From an uncultured Muribaculaceae bacterium (GTDB lineage Bacteria; Bacillota_I; Bacilli_A; RF39; UBA660): DNA of 40,868 bases. The notes beneath the pieces were generated by a model. It saw only the letters and a list, made by a program, of their open reading frames with translations, did not search any database and was not told where the DNA came from. The DNA lies in assembly GCA_964561805.1 (NCBI GenBank), contig CAZLQU010000001.1:26125-66992 (forward strand), read 5' to 3'. How positions within the stretch are numbered: the stretch's first letter is position 1; the number at the start of each line of letters is the position of its first letter. Below are positions 1 to 9,600 of this stretch, one piece after another. The translations under genes were made by a program, and so were the position numbers.

Positions 1-228
1 AATTTAACTAATTTTGGTACAGCTTCTTCATTAATTACTTTTGGTGAAATTAAGGAAGCAGAAAATGGTAGATATTATATGGAAATGGGAGCTACAATCG
101 ATGAAAGAATTGCCGATGGATTCTATTTCTGTAAGGCATTAAAATTAATTGAATATATGTTTGAAACACCAGAATTAATGTTAAAACCAGCTGGTGAAAA
201 GGTAAAATACCCAGAAAATAGGAAATAA
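1..228 (+). CDS. 3' end of an acyltransferase with a 2-oxoacid dehydrogenase E2 / CAT-like catalytic domain (5' end cut by the window edge)
   Basis: Frame 1 is open from base 1 to TAA 226-228. The tail ...GATIDERIADGFYFCKALKLIEYMF... lines up with the C-terminal DHRxxDG region of E2 catalytic domains (here DERIADG). Confidence 0.45.
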   Translation, partial: NLTNFGTASSLITFGEIKEAENGRYYMEMGATIDERIADGFYFCKALKLIEYMFETPELMLKPAGEKVKYPENRK

Positions 229-230
229 AA

Positions 231-1973
231 ATGATAGGAACATTAAAAGATTTATTTGGTAGAATTAGTAGATTTTATTACAAAGTAACGAAAAGAGAAC
301 CATGGTATAAATACTATGGGAATAATAATAAAATAAATTATCCGGATTTAACAATTTATGAATTAATAGAAAAGACAGCTAAGACATATCCATCATATTA
401 TGCTTATGAATATTATGGCAAAAAGGTAACATACCGTGAGTTTATTGAAAAAATTAAAAAGACTGCTAGTGCACTTACGGAACTTGGGGTAAAAGAGGGA
501 GATAGAGTAACTATCTGTATGCCTAATACACCGGTAGCAATTATTACATTTTATGCCGTTAATATGATTGGTGCTGTCAGTAGTATGGTACATCCATTAT
601 CTAGTAAAAATGAAATAGAATTTTATTTAAAAGAATCAAATAGTAAATTTGTTTTAACAATTGATTTAGTTTACGATAAGATAGCAGAAATTGTTAATAA
701 AACAAATGTAGAAAAAGTAATCGTATCTTCAGTATCTGACGATATGAATAATTTTCGTCATGCTTTGTATTGGTTCTTTTCTGGTAGAAAAAATAAGATT
801 GTTAAAGATGAAAAAGCGATATTTTATAAAGAATTATTAGACATGGCAATTTTAGATAAAGATTTTTCTGGCATTAAGAGGAATATTAATGATGAAGCAA
901 TCATTTTATATAGTGGGGGAACTACTGGAGATCCTAAAGGAATTTGTTTATCAAATTTAAATTTTAATGCCTTGGCAATGCAACTACAGATGGCCATTGG
1001 TACTAAGTTAGCAAAACCAGGTGGTAGCAATTTAGCAATTTTGCCAATATTTCATGGTTTTGGACTTGGGGTTTCAATTCATACGGGATTATATATTGGA
1101 ATTAAGATTGTATTAGTACCTGATTTTAGTCCAAGAAAGTTTGGTAGTTTACTCAAGAAATATAATCCAAATTTCTTAATTGGGGTACCTACTTTATATG
1201 AAGCTTTGTTAAAGACTAAATTAAAAAGAAATGATTTATCACACTTGACTTGTGCTGTTAGTGGCGGCGATATTATGACACCAGAATTCAAAAAGGAAAT
1301 CGATTTGTTCTTAAAAAAACATGGCGCTAAAACAGAGCTTAGATGCGGTTATGGACTTACTGAATGTAGTGGGGCTTGTGTTTTAAATCCTAAGGATGAA
1401 TATCGTGATAATTCCATTGGGGTACCACTTCCTGATATGGCTTTTAAGATTGTTAAAGTTGAAACAACTGAGGAAGCAAAATATATGGAAGATGGAGAAA
1501 TTTGTGTTAGTGGGCCAACGGTAATGATGGGATACTTGAACAACGAAAAGGAAACTGCTAAGGTTAAAGTAAAACATAAAGATGGACTTGTTTGGCTTCA
1601 TACAGGCGATATTGGCTGTATGGACGAGGATGGCTTTGTTTATTATAAGCAAAGACTAAAGAGGATGATTGTGTCATCTGGATATAATATTTATCCAAAT
1701 TATATTGAAAGTATCATTAAAGGTAATAAATATGTATCTGATTGTGTCGTTGTTGGGATACCACATCCATATAAAAAACAAGTAGCAAAAGCGTATATTG
1801 TTTTAAAAGATGGAATAGCCGATAATAATAATATTCGTCGTGAGATAAAAAAATATTGTGAAGATAATTTGGTAAGATATTCATGGCCATATGAATATGA
1901 ATATAGGCGTGAATTACCAAAGACATTAGTAGGTAAAGTTGCTTACCGTGAACTTGAAAAGGGTGATAAGTAA
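231..1973 (+). CDS. AMP-dependent synthetase/ligase (long-chain fatty acyl-CoA ligase-like, ANL superfamily)
   Basis: 580-aa ORF with an AGGAAA SD upstream. ANL motifs are present: YSGGTTGDPKG (P-loop-like A3), GYGLTE, LHTGDIG and C-terminal LPKTLVGKV. Confidence 0.85.
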   Translation: MIGTLKDLFGRISRFYYKVTKREPWYKYYGNNNKINYPDLTIYELIEKTAKTYPSYYAYEYYGKKVTYREFIEKIKKTASALTELGVKEGDRVTICMPNTPVAIITFYAVNMIGAVSSMVHPLSSKNEIEFYLKESNSKFVLTIDLVYDKIAEIVNKTNVEKVIVSSVSDDMNNFRHALYWFFSGRKNKIVKDEKAIFYKELLDMAILDKDFSGIKRNINDEAIILYSGGTTGDPKGICLSNLNFNALAMQLQMAIGTKLAKPGGSNLAILPIFHGFGLGVSIHTGLYIGIKIVLVPDFSPRKFGSLLKKYNPNFLIGVPTLYEALLKTKLKRNDLSHLTCAVSGGDIMTPEFKKEIDLFLKKHGAKTELRCGYGLTECSGACVLNPKDEYRDNSIGVPLPDMAFKIVKVETTEEAKYMEDGEICVSGPTVMMGYLNNEKETAKVKVKHKDGLVWLHTGDIGCMDEDGFVYYKQRLKRMIVSSGYNIYPNYIESIIKGNKYVSDCVVVGIPHPYKKQVAKAYIVLKDGIADNNNIRREIKKYCEDNLVRYSWPYEYEYRRELPKTLVGKVAYRELEKGDK

Positions 1974-2809
1974 TGGTAATTTTAGATGGGAAAAAAATAA
2001 AAACTGAAATCTTAGATGAGTTAAAAGAAGAAGTCAGTAAATTAATAGAAAAACCTAATTTTGTAGTTATTCAAGTTGGGGATAATCCCGCTAGTAATGT
2101 CTATATTAAACAAAAAGCGAAAATGGCGGAGTATGTTGGTTATAGATATACACATTTAAAACTAGATGAGGATGTTAGTGAAGCTGAATTACTTAAAAAA
2201 ATTGATAAATTAAATAAAGATAAGAGTGTGCACGGAATACTTGTCCAAATGCCAATACCAGATCATATCGATACCAATAAAATTCAGAATGCTGTTGTTC
2301 CAGAGAAAGACGTCGATGGGTTAAGTGATGTGAATGCTGGTAAACTATTCCATGGGAAAGATGCGTTATTTTCATGTACACCATATGGGGTAATGGAAAT
2401 ACTAAAAAGATATAATATTCAGGTAGAGGGTAGTCATGCTGTTATCGTTGGAAGAAGTAATTTGGTTGGTAAACCAATGAGTGTAATGCTTACCAATGCC
2501 GGTGCAACGGTAACTTTGTGTCACTCTAAAACAAAAGATTTAGCTAAGCATACTAAAATGGCTGATATCTTAATTGTTTGTGTTGGCAAACCTAAAATGA
2601 TTACTAGTGATATGGTAAGTGATGGTACAGTCGTAATTGATGTTGGAATCAATAGACTAGATAATGGGTTATGTGGTGACGTTGATTTTGATAACGTTAA
2701 AGAGAAAACTTCATATATTACTCCCGTACCAGGCGGAGTTGGTCCTATGACGGTGGCAATGCTTGGTGAGAATGTTTTAAAGGCATATAAAATGCAGAAA
2801 GAGAAATAA
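1973..2809 (+). CDS. folD: Bifunctional methylenetetrahydrofolate dehydrogenase / methenyl-THF cyclohydrolase
   Basis: 278 aa, TAATG overlap with the upstream stop. Hallmarks: VGDNPASNVYIKQKAK, GILVQMPIP, VDG, CTPYGVMEIL, VIVGRSNLVGKPM, PVPGGVGPMTVAML. Confidence 0.95.
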   Translation: MVILDGKKIKTEILDELKEEVSKLIEKPNFVVIQVGDNPASNVYIKQKAKMAEYVGYRYTHLKLDEDVSEAELLKKIDKLNKDKSVHGILVQMPIPDHIDTNKIQNAVVPEKDVDGLSDVNAGKLFHGKDALFSCTPYGVMEILKRYNIQVEGSHAVIVGRSNLVGKPMSVMLTNAGATVTLCHSKTKDLAKHTKMADILIVCVGKPKMITSDMVSDGTVVIDVGINRLDNGLCGDVDFDNVKEKTSYITPVPGGVGPMTVAMLGENVLKAYKMQKEK

Positions 2810-2811
2810 GT

Positions 2812-3528
2812 ATGTATAATATAAGTTATTGGTTTATAATGTTTATGATCTATTCATTTATTGGATGGATTATCGATGTTTTGGATATTTATTTTACTAC
2901 TAAGAAACTGGTTAATAGAGGTTTTTATATTGGGCCATATTGTCCAATATATGGAGTTGGGGTATTACTTATAATATTTTTACTAAAGGATTATAAGGAT
3001 AGTATTTTGGCACTCTTTGTTTTAGCTAGTGTTTTATGTATGACACTAGAATATTTAACTAGTTATGTGATGGAAAAATGGTTTAATGCTAGATGGTGGG
3101 ATTATAGTGATAGAAAACTTAATTTAAATGGTAGAATTTGTTTGGAAACGACGATTCCATTTGGGTTAGGTGCTACTTTGGTAATGTATGTTGTAAATCC
3201 ATTTTTAACAGGATTATTAGACAAAGTACCAAGTAATATTGTTATTATTATTGCATTTATTTTAATGACCATTTTCTTAGTTGATATTATTATTTCATTT
3301 TCGGTAATTACTAGAATTAATGATATCGATTGGAGTAGGTTTAAAGATGATACAGAAGAAATAAATAAAAGAGTACTAGAATATTTGAAGAAATCATCTC
3401 CGCTTATGCGTAGACTTATAAATTCATTCCCAAATGCTAAACTTAAAATTAAAAAATTAAAAAGTAATTTTGATAAAAAAAGAGAAAAATTTAGTAATAC
3501 AATTAAAGAAAAATTGAATCGTAATTAA
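2812..3528 (+). CDS. Polytopic membrane protein of the 'putative ABC-transporter type IV' family (Pfam PF06541-like, from memory)
   Basis: 238 aa with several hydrophobic helices. Family-typical GPYCPIYGVG and RWWDYS motifs, and a basic C-terminal tail. Confidence 0.6.
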   Translation: MYNISYWFIMFMIYSFIGWIIDVLDIYFTTKKLVNRGFYIGPYCPIYGVGVLLIIFLLKDYKDSILALFVLASVLCMTLEYLTSYVMEKWFNARWWDYSDRKLNLNGRICLETTIPFGLGATLVMYVVNPFLTGLLDKVPSNIVIIIAFILMTIFLVDIIISFSVITRINDIDWSRFKDDTEEINKRVLEYLKKSSPLMRRLINSFPNAKLKIKKLKSNFDKKREKFSNTIKEKLNRN

Positions 3529-3540
3529 CGATTCTTTTTA
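3516..3540 (+). terminator. Rho-independent terminator after the membrane-protein gene
   Basis: GAATCGT-aatta-ACGATTC stem-loop (the stop codon lies in the loop) followed by TTTTT. Confidence 0.6.
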
Positions 3541-3617
3541 TTATGCAACTAAACTATATAATTTTTAATGTATTAAATAATAATTTGTGAAAAAAGAAAA
3601 AAATATAGCTTCTTTTG

Positions 3618-3646
3618 TTGCAATAAACTCTATATTTTGTTATACT
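3618..3646 (+). promoter_or_regulatory. Sigma-A type promoter of giant gene 1
   Basis: TTGCAA (3618-3623), 17 nt, TATACT (3641-3646). The same arrangement is conserved upstream of giant gene 2. Confidence 0.55.
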
Positions 3647-3654
3647 TTATATAA

Positions 3655-3678
3655 GAATAGAATTTGATAATTCTATTC
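3655..3678 (+). promoter_or_regulatory. Conserved 5'UTR / operator-like perfect palindrome just upstream of the SD of giant gene 1
   Basis: GAATAGAATT-tgata-AATTCTATTC (10 bp stem, 5 nt loop), 4 nt before the GGTGA SD (3682-3686). A near-identical copy lies at 20144-20167. Confidence 0.55.
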
Positions 3679-3691
3679 AATGGTGACCAAA

Positions 3692-6600
3692 ATGAAGAAA
3701 AAAATTACAATCATTACAATTGTTGTTTTTGTCGTGGGTCTAATCATAGCGGGATCAAGCTATGCGTTTTGGTCATGGACAAGTAACGTCAATAAGAATG
3801 TTGTCTTTAATATAGCTAGTAATTTAAGAAATTATATTGTCTATAATGAAGGTGAATCAGCTTTTACTGGTGAACTTAATGTAAGTAATAGTTACCTTAC
3901 TGGAAGTATTCATTCGACAATTTCAATTTATAAAACAACAAATGTTAATATGCTGGCAACATTACATATGGATGTTAATCAAATTGGTCCTAATATGAAA
4001 AATAGTACGGCTTTAAAATGGGTAGTAACTGCAGGAACGGTATCAAATGTTGGTGCTGAACTTGCTCATGGTAATTTTGTTGGAGCAAATAATGGAGATA
4101 CTTTAACATTAGTACCAGATATTCCAGTTAATATAACGGAAACATTCTATACTATATGGATTTGGCTTGATAGTAGTGAAAATCCATCAGATAATCTATC
4201 AGGAGAAACACTTGACACAAATGTTTGGACTGAAATTAATCAAGCTGAAGGTGCTGAAGATAGATATGAAATAACAAATACTAATGCTAATTATCAACAA
4301 ATTAGTGCAACAGTCGTAGATAGCAAATATAAAGTAACTCATTATGCCATAACAACTACAAATAGTGATCCATCAAATTGGACAGAAATAATTCCAACAA
4401 CTGAACAAAATAATGTCTATACTTTAAATGAATCAGTAAGTGGTACAGGAACATATTATATTTGGTTTAAAGATGAGAATAATAGAGTAAAAAACAAACA
4501 AATTCAAGTATCATCAGTTGATACTACTGCTCCTAGTTGTGTATGGGGACCATTTGCTCCAGGTATAATTAATTATAATAACACCTCAGTAATTACCTTA
4601 ACATGTACAGATAGTGAATCAGGAATATCAGTTCATAATCTAACAACTGCTGATATTATTACATCAAATAGTAGTATTGAAGTTAGTAATATTGTTAAAG
4701 AAAATATTGCTAATGGATATAAATATACAATAACGGTAATTGGCACTAGTAATATTGGAACGGCTGATCTTACATTAGATGATAACAAAGTAAGAAATGG
4801 TGTTAATTTAGGTAATAGTAGTATATCATCAGACGATTTAATGATTGATAAAGCATCTTGTGTTGCACCAACTAATGTTCAAATATCAACTGCTGGAATT
4901 GTTACATGGACAGCTAGTTCAACTGCAAGCAGTTATGAGATTAGTATTGATAATGAAACATTCGCTACCGCTACAAGTGGAATTGATTATAAGAATACGA
5001 TAATTGCCACATCGGGAACAAGAACAGTATATGTCCGTTCAGTATGTGATAGCACTTATTATTATACTCCAAGTGATAATGCAACAAAATCAATAAATGT
5101 ATATAGTGTTTCATTGACTAATGGAACTGGTATAAGTACGGTTACAGGATCAGGCAATTATATTAGTGGTTCTACAGTAAATATTGGAGCCACAGTTGCT
5201 AGTAATTATTCGTGGGGTAATTGGACAGATAATAATAATGGTAATGCCCAAATAAGTACTGTCAGAACATATTCTGGGACAATCAGCAGCAATTGGAATT
5301 ATCGTGCAAATGCAGTTGCAGACCAATATACAGTTGATTTTGATGACAATCGATTCAATACATCAGCAAGTTTGACTGCAGGCGGCTTGACTATATCATA
5401 TAATTCAAATACACATGAGTTAACGATTGATGGTACGCAGACAGCATCAATTCAACTTCAAAATATACTGCAAACATTTACTGAAGGTGATACTTACAAA
5501 GCAACTTTAACTTATATTAGTGGAAGTGTAAGTTCAGGTGATGGCTCTAACTATCTTATATGTAATGATTTGAGAGGCCAAAATGTATCTGATGTTGTCC
5601 TTCAATATTGCTTGAAACCACCATCAGCATCAATCAATACTATTACAAAAACAATCACTGCTGATGCAGCAACAAATGGTAAGCGTTTATTTGCTATGTT
5701 ATGGGTGCAATCAGAAAATCAAATAACATATACAAATTACAAAGTAAAGGTAGATTTTACTAAAGTTGAAACAAAAACGGTTACTTATGGTAGTACATAT
5801 GGTACTTTGCCATCACCAACAAGGACAGGATATACTTTTGATGGTTGGTATACGGCAGAAACTGGAGGTACTAAAGTTCTTGCGACTAGTACATTATCAG
5901 TTAATGCCGATCATACATTATATGCTCATTGGACACCCGAGTCATATACAGTAACATTTGATGATAATAGATTTAATGCACCAGCAAGTATGACAGTTGA
6001 TGATTTAACAGTTTCATATAATTCAAATACGCATGAATTAACAATTAATGGTACGCAGACAGCATCAATTCAACTTCAAAATATACTGCAAACATTTACT
6101 GAAGGTGATACGTATAAAGCAACTTTAACTTATATTAGTGGAAGTGTAAGTTCAGCTGATGGCTCTAACTATCTTATATGTAATGATTTGAGAGGTCAAA
6201 ATGTATCTGATGTTGTCCTTCAATATTGTTTGAGACCACCATCAGCATCAATCAATACTGTTACAAAAACAATCACTGCTGATGCAGCGACAAATGGTAA
6301 GCGTTTATTTGCTATGTTATGGGTGCAATCAGCTAATCAAATAACATATACAAATTACAAAGTAAAGGTAGATTTTACTAAAGTAGAGACTAAAACAGTT
6401 ACATATGGCAGTACATATGGTACTTTACCGGCACCAACAAGAGCAGGATATACTTTTGATGGTTGGTATACGGCAGAAACTGGAGGTACTAAAGTTCTTG
6501 CGACTAGTACATTATCAGTTAATGCCGATCATACATTATATGCTCATTGGACACCCGAGTCATATACAGTAACATTTGATGATAATAGATTTAATGCACC

Positions 6601-9600
6601 AGCAAGTATGACTGAAGGTGGATTAACAATAACCTATGATTCGGGTACACATGAATTAACAATAACTGGTACACAAGCGGCTGCTGTAAATCTTCAGCGA
6701 ATTTTACATACATTTGTAGAGGGGGATACATATAATTCAACCTTGACATATGTAAGTGGTACGGTAACGGCAATAGATAATACTACCCATTATTTATGCA
6801 ATGATGTGGTTAATAATAATGGAACAGTATATCAATATTGCATAACACCACCACTATCATCAAGTGTTACTAGGCAGAGGGTAATAACTGCTGATGCTGC
6901 CAATAATGGTACTCATCTACGTAGTTGGTTATATGCAGCAACTGGCAATAAAGTAACTTATACAAATTATAAAATCAGGGTAGATTTTACTAAAGTTGAG
7001 ACAAAAGCAGTTACATATGGTAGTTCATATGGCACTTTGCCAACGCCGACTAGGACAGGATATACTTTTGATGGTTGGTATACGGCAGAAACTGGTGGAA
7101 GTAAAATAACTAATTCTTCATCTGTTTCAACCGCAGAAAATCATACATTGTATGCTCATTGGACAATAAAAGAACCGGCGCTTATAATAAATCCGAATGG
7201 TGGTAGTTATAACGGTTCAACGAGTAATACTCGTATAACACAGGCATATAATACAACCTATCAAGTTCTTAATAATCCAACTAGGGCAGGCTATGTCTTT
7301 AATGGTTGGACAATATCAGGTGATGGTACGTATAATCCATATGATACATCTATAAGTCCAACATCAACACAAACTATTAATTATAATTCTTCTAGTAGTA
7401 CGTTACCTACAGTATATAATAATTCTGGCGGTGGAACGGTAACTTTATCAATGGTTAGTGATTCAACTGCTAGTGGTGGCTATGCCCTAAGAATGGTTAC
7501 GAATGGTACGGCATCTCCTGGAGCCGGTGGTATGCATACAAGTATTTTACCAACAGATCCAAGTAGAATTAATGTAATCGAAATTCGTGCCAAAATACCT
7601 ACAGGATATAATTTGAAACCAGGAGGAGTTAGTTATTATTATACAGGAATAGGTAGTAGTTATATTGTTAGGCCTACAGGAGGTACTGGTTCATGGAAAA
7701 CATATTATTTAATTATCTATGGTGGTGATACTGGTACATTTTCTTCAGAATTATACTTATATATAACAGGAAGTAATAATACATCAGTTACATGGTATAT
7801 CAATTCGGTAACTGTAAAAAGTTATACTAGAAGTCAGTTTAAATCAGTTTACCAATTTGGTGAGGCTGCTGGCACTTTGACAGCAAATTGGGCACTTAAT
7901 GGTTCAAGAGTAAGATTTAATACAAATGGTGGATCATATAATACAACATATGTTAAAAATTGGACTAATGGTTATAACAGTGTATCAGCTAATTCTTCAG
8001 CTGATAGGCATATTAATTACAGTACTTCATATGCTACATTCCCAGCTGATAATTCTTATAATTGGACCCCTGATGACAGAGTTATATCAAAAACCGGATG
8101 TACTTTTACAGGTTGGTATACTGCGACATCAAATGGGACTAAAGTTTTCAACACAAATGGTACATTGGTAGCCTCGGTAAGTGGATATAGTGATGCTTCT
8201 AAAGCGTGGATAAAGTATGATGCCAATACAAATCTGTATGCCATATGGTCAGCTAATTCATATCAGGTATGCTACAATAAAAATACAACTGATACGGTAT
8301 CAAGTATGCCTTCGGGATGTACATCATATACATATGCCTCTAGTGGAACGGTTAATTTAAACTCATCTGCTCCAACAAGAACAGGCTATACTTTTCAAGG
8401 CTGGTCAACATCATCAACAGCCACGACGGGAGATTATGCAGCTGGAGCTGCTTGGAGTAAGAGTAATGTACCTAATTCTGGGAATACAATTACTTTATAT
8501 GCAATATGGAAAGCAAAGCCAGTATATATTTACTACAATCCAAATGGTGGTACTGTTGGTGGAACATATACAACATATAACGGTTGGATGTCAAGTGATG
8601 GCTCAACATATTATAAATATACAGTAAATAGTGGTGCAAGTGTCGATTTAATGAATTATAATGGTTCTAATTTTGGAATAACTAAAGAAGGTTATGAGCC
8701 ACCGACAGCTAGTATTTGGTGCTTAAAGAATAGTACAACGGCATGTTATGATCAAACAACTAGTTATACATATGACCAATATAAAGCAAATGCCACTGAA
8801 AAAACAAGTAATTATGAATTAAATCTATATGTCAATTGGCAAGGAAAAGCATATACGGTTAAGTTTTATCGTGGTTTAGGAACTAGTGAAGGCGGCGATC
8901 CAACGTATCTTGGAAGTACTAGTTGTACATTTGGAACAACTTGTACTTTGAAAAAATACTCTAGTATGACAGCAGTCTTTCCTAGTTCAAGTGCAGGTTG
9001 GGGCTTTGCCGGCTGGAGTATTAGCCAGACTAGTACAACAAGAACGTATAGTGATCAGCAAAGTATCAATCCTTCATCATATACTGCGACTTTAAATTTA
9101 TATGCTGTTGGTTCAAGAACGGTAACTTACTATCGACCAACGACTGCCAGTCCATCAACTAATGATACGGTAACATATACGCAATATTGGATTCCGTATA
9201 CGAATTCGACGACATATGCAACATCTGTAACGGTACCGGCTGGTAGAAGTATTGGTAATAGCTGGACGTTCCAATGTTATCGTGCTAATGATACTGCATC
9301 TTCAACATGTGGAATTAATGCAAGTTATAATGGTTCAACTTATAATATTCCAGTTGGTAATTTGGTAACATATAGATCAATATATAATAGATCATTAAGT
9401 TTGGTTTACAATAAGAATGGTGGTACCGGTACAGCTCCGTCGACTCAATCTGCAACACAGTACTATAATAGTGGTACTACTAGCGGAGCAAATACAGTCG
9501 GTGCAACTTTCACTTTAGCTGCCAACACTTTGACCAAAACAGGTAACAACTTTAATGGTTGGGCCGAAAGCAGTTCGGCTACTTCAGGAACGGCAGCTGG

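Noticed and set aside
393-1926. Several 60-90 aa minus-strand ORFs across the acyl-CoA ligase gene.
   Set aside because: They are antisense to a motif-rich conserved CDS, have no SD, and have an I/F/N/L composition typical of antisense AT-rich coding DNA.
3698-3704. A7 homopolymer just after the start codon of both giant genes (also 20190-20196) as a slipped-strand phase-variation switch.
   Set aside because: The tract encodes the Lys-rich n-region of the signal peptide. Seven A residues is short and common in a genome this AT-rich. There is no evidence of length heterogeneity from a single sequence.
5327-7174. Possible CRISPR array or IS-type repeat, suggested by regularly spaced near-identical DNA.
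   Set aside because: The period is 618 bp, in frame, fully coding, and has no short repeat/spacer organisation. There are no cas genes, transposase or terminal inverted repeats in the window.
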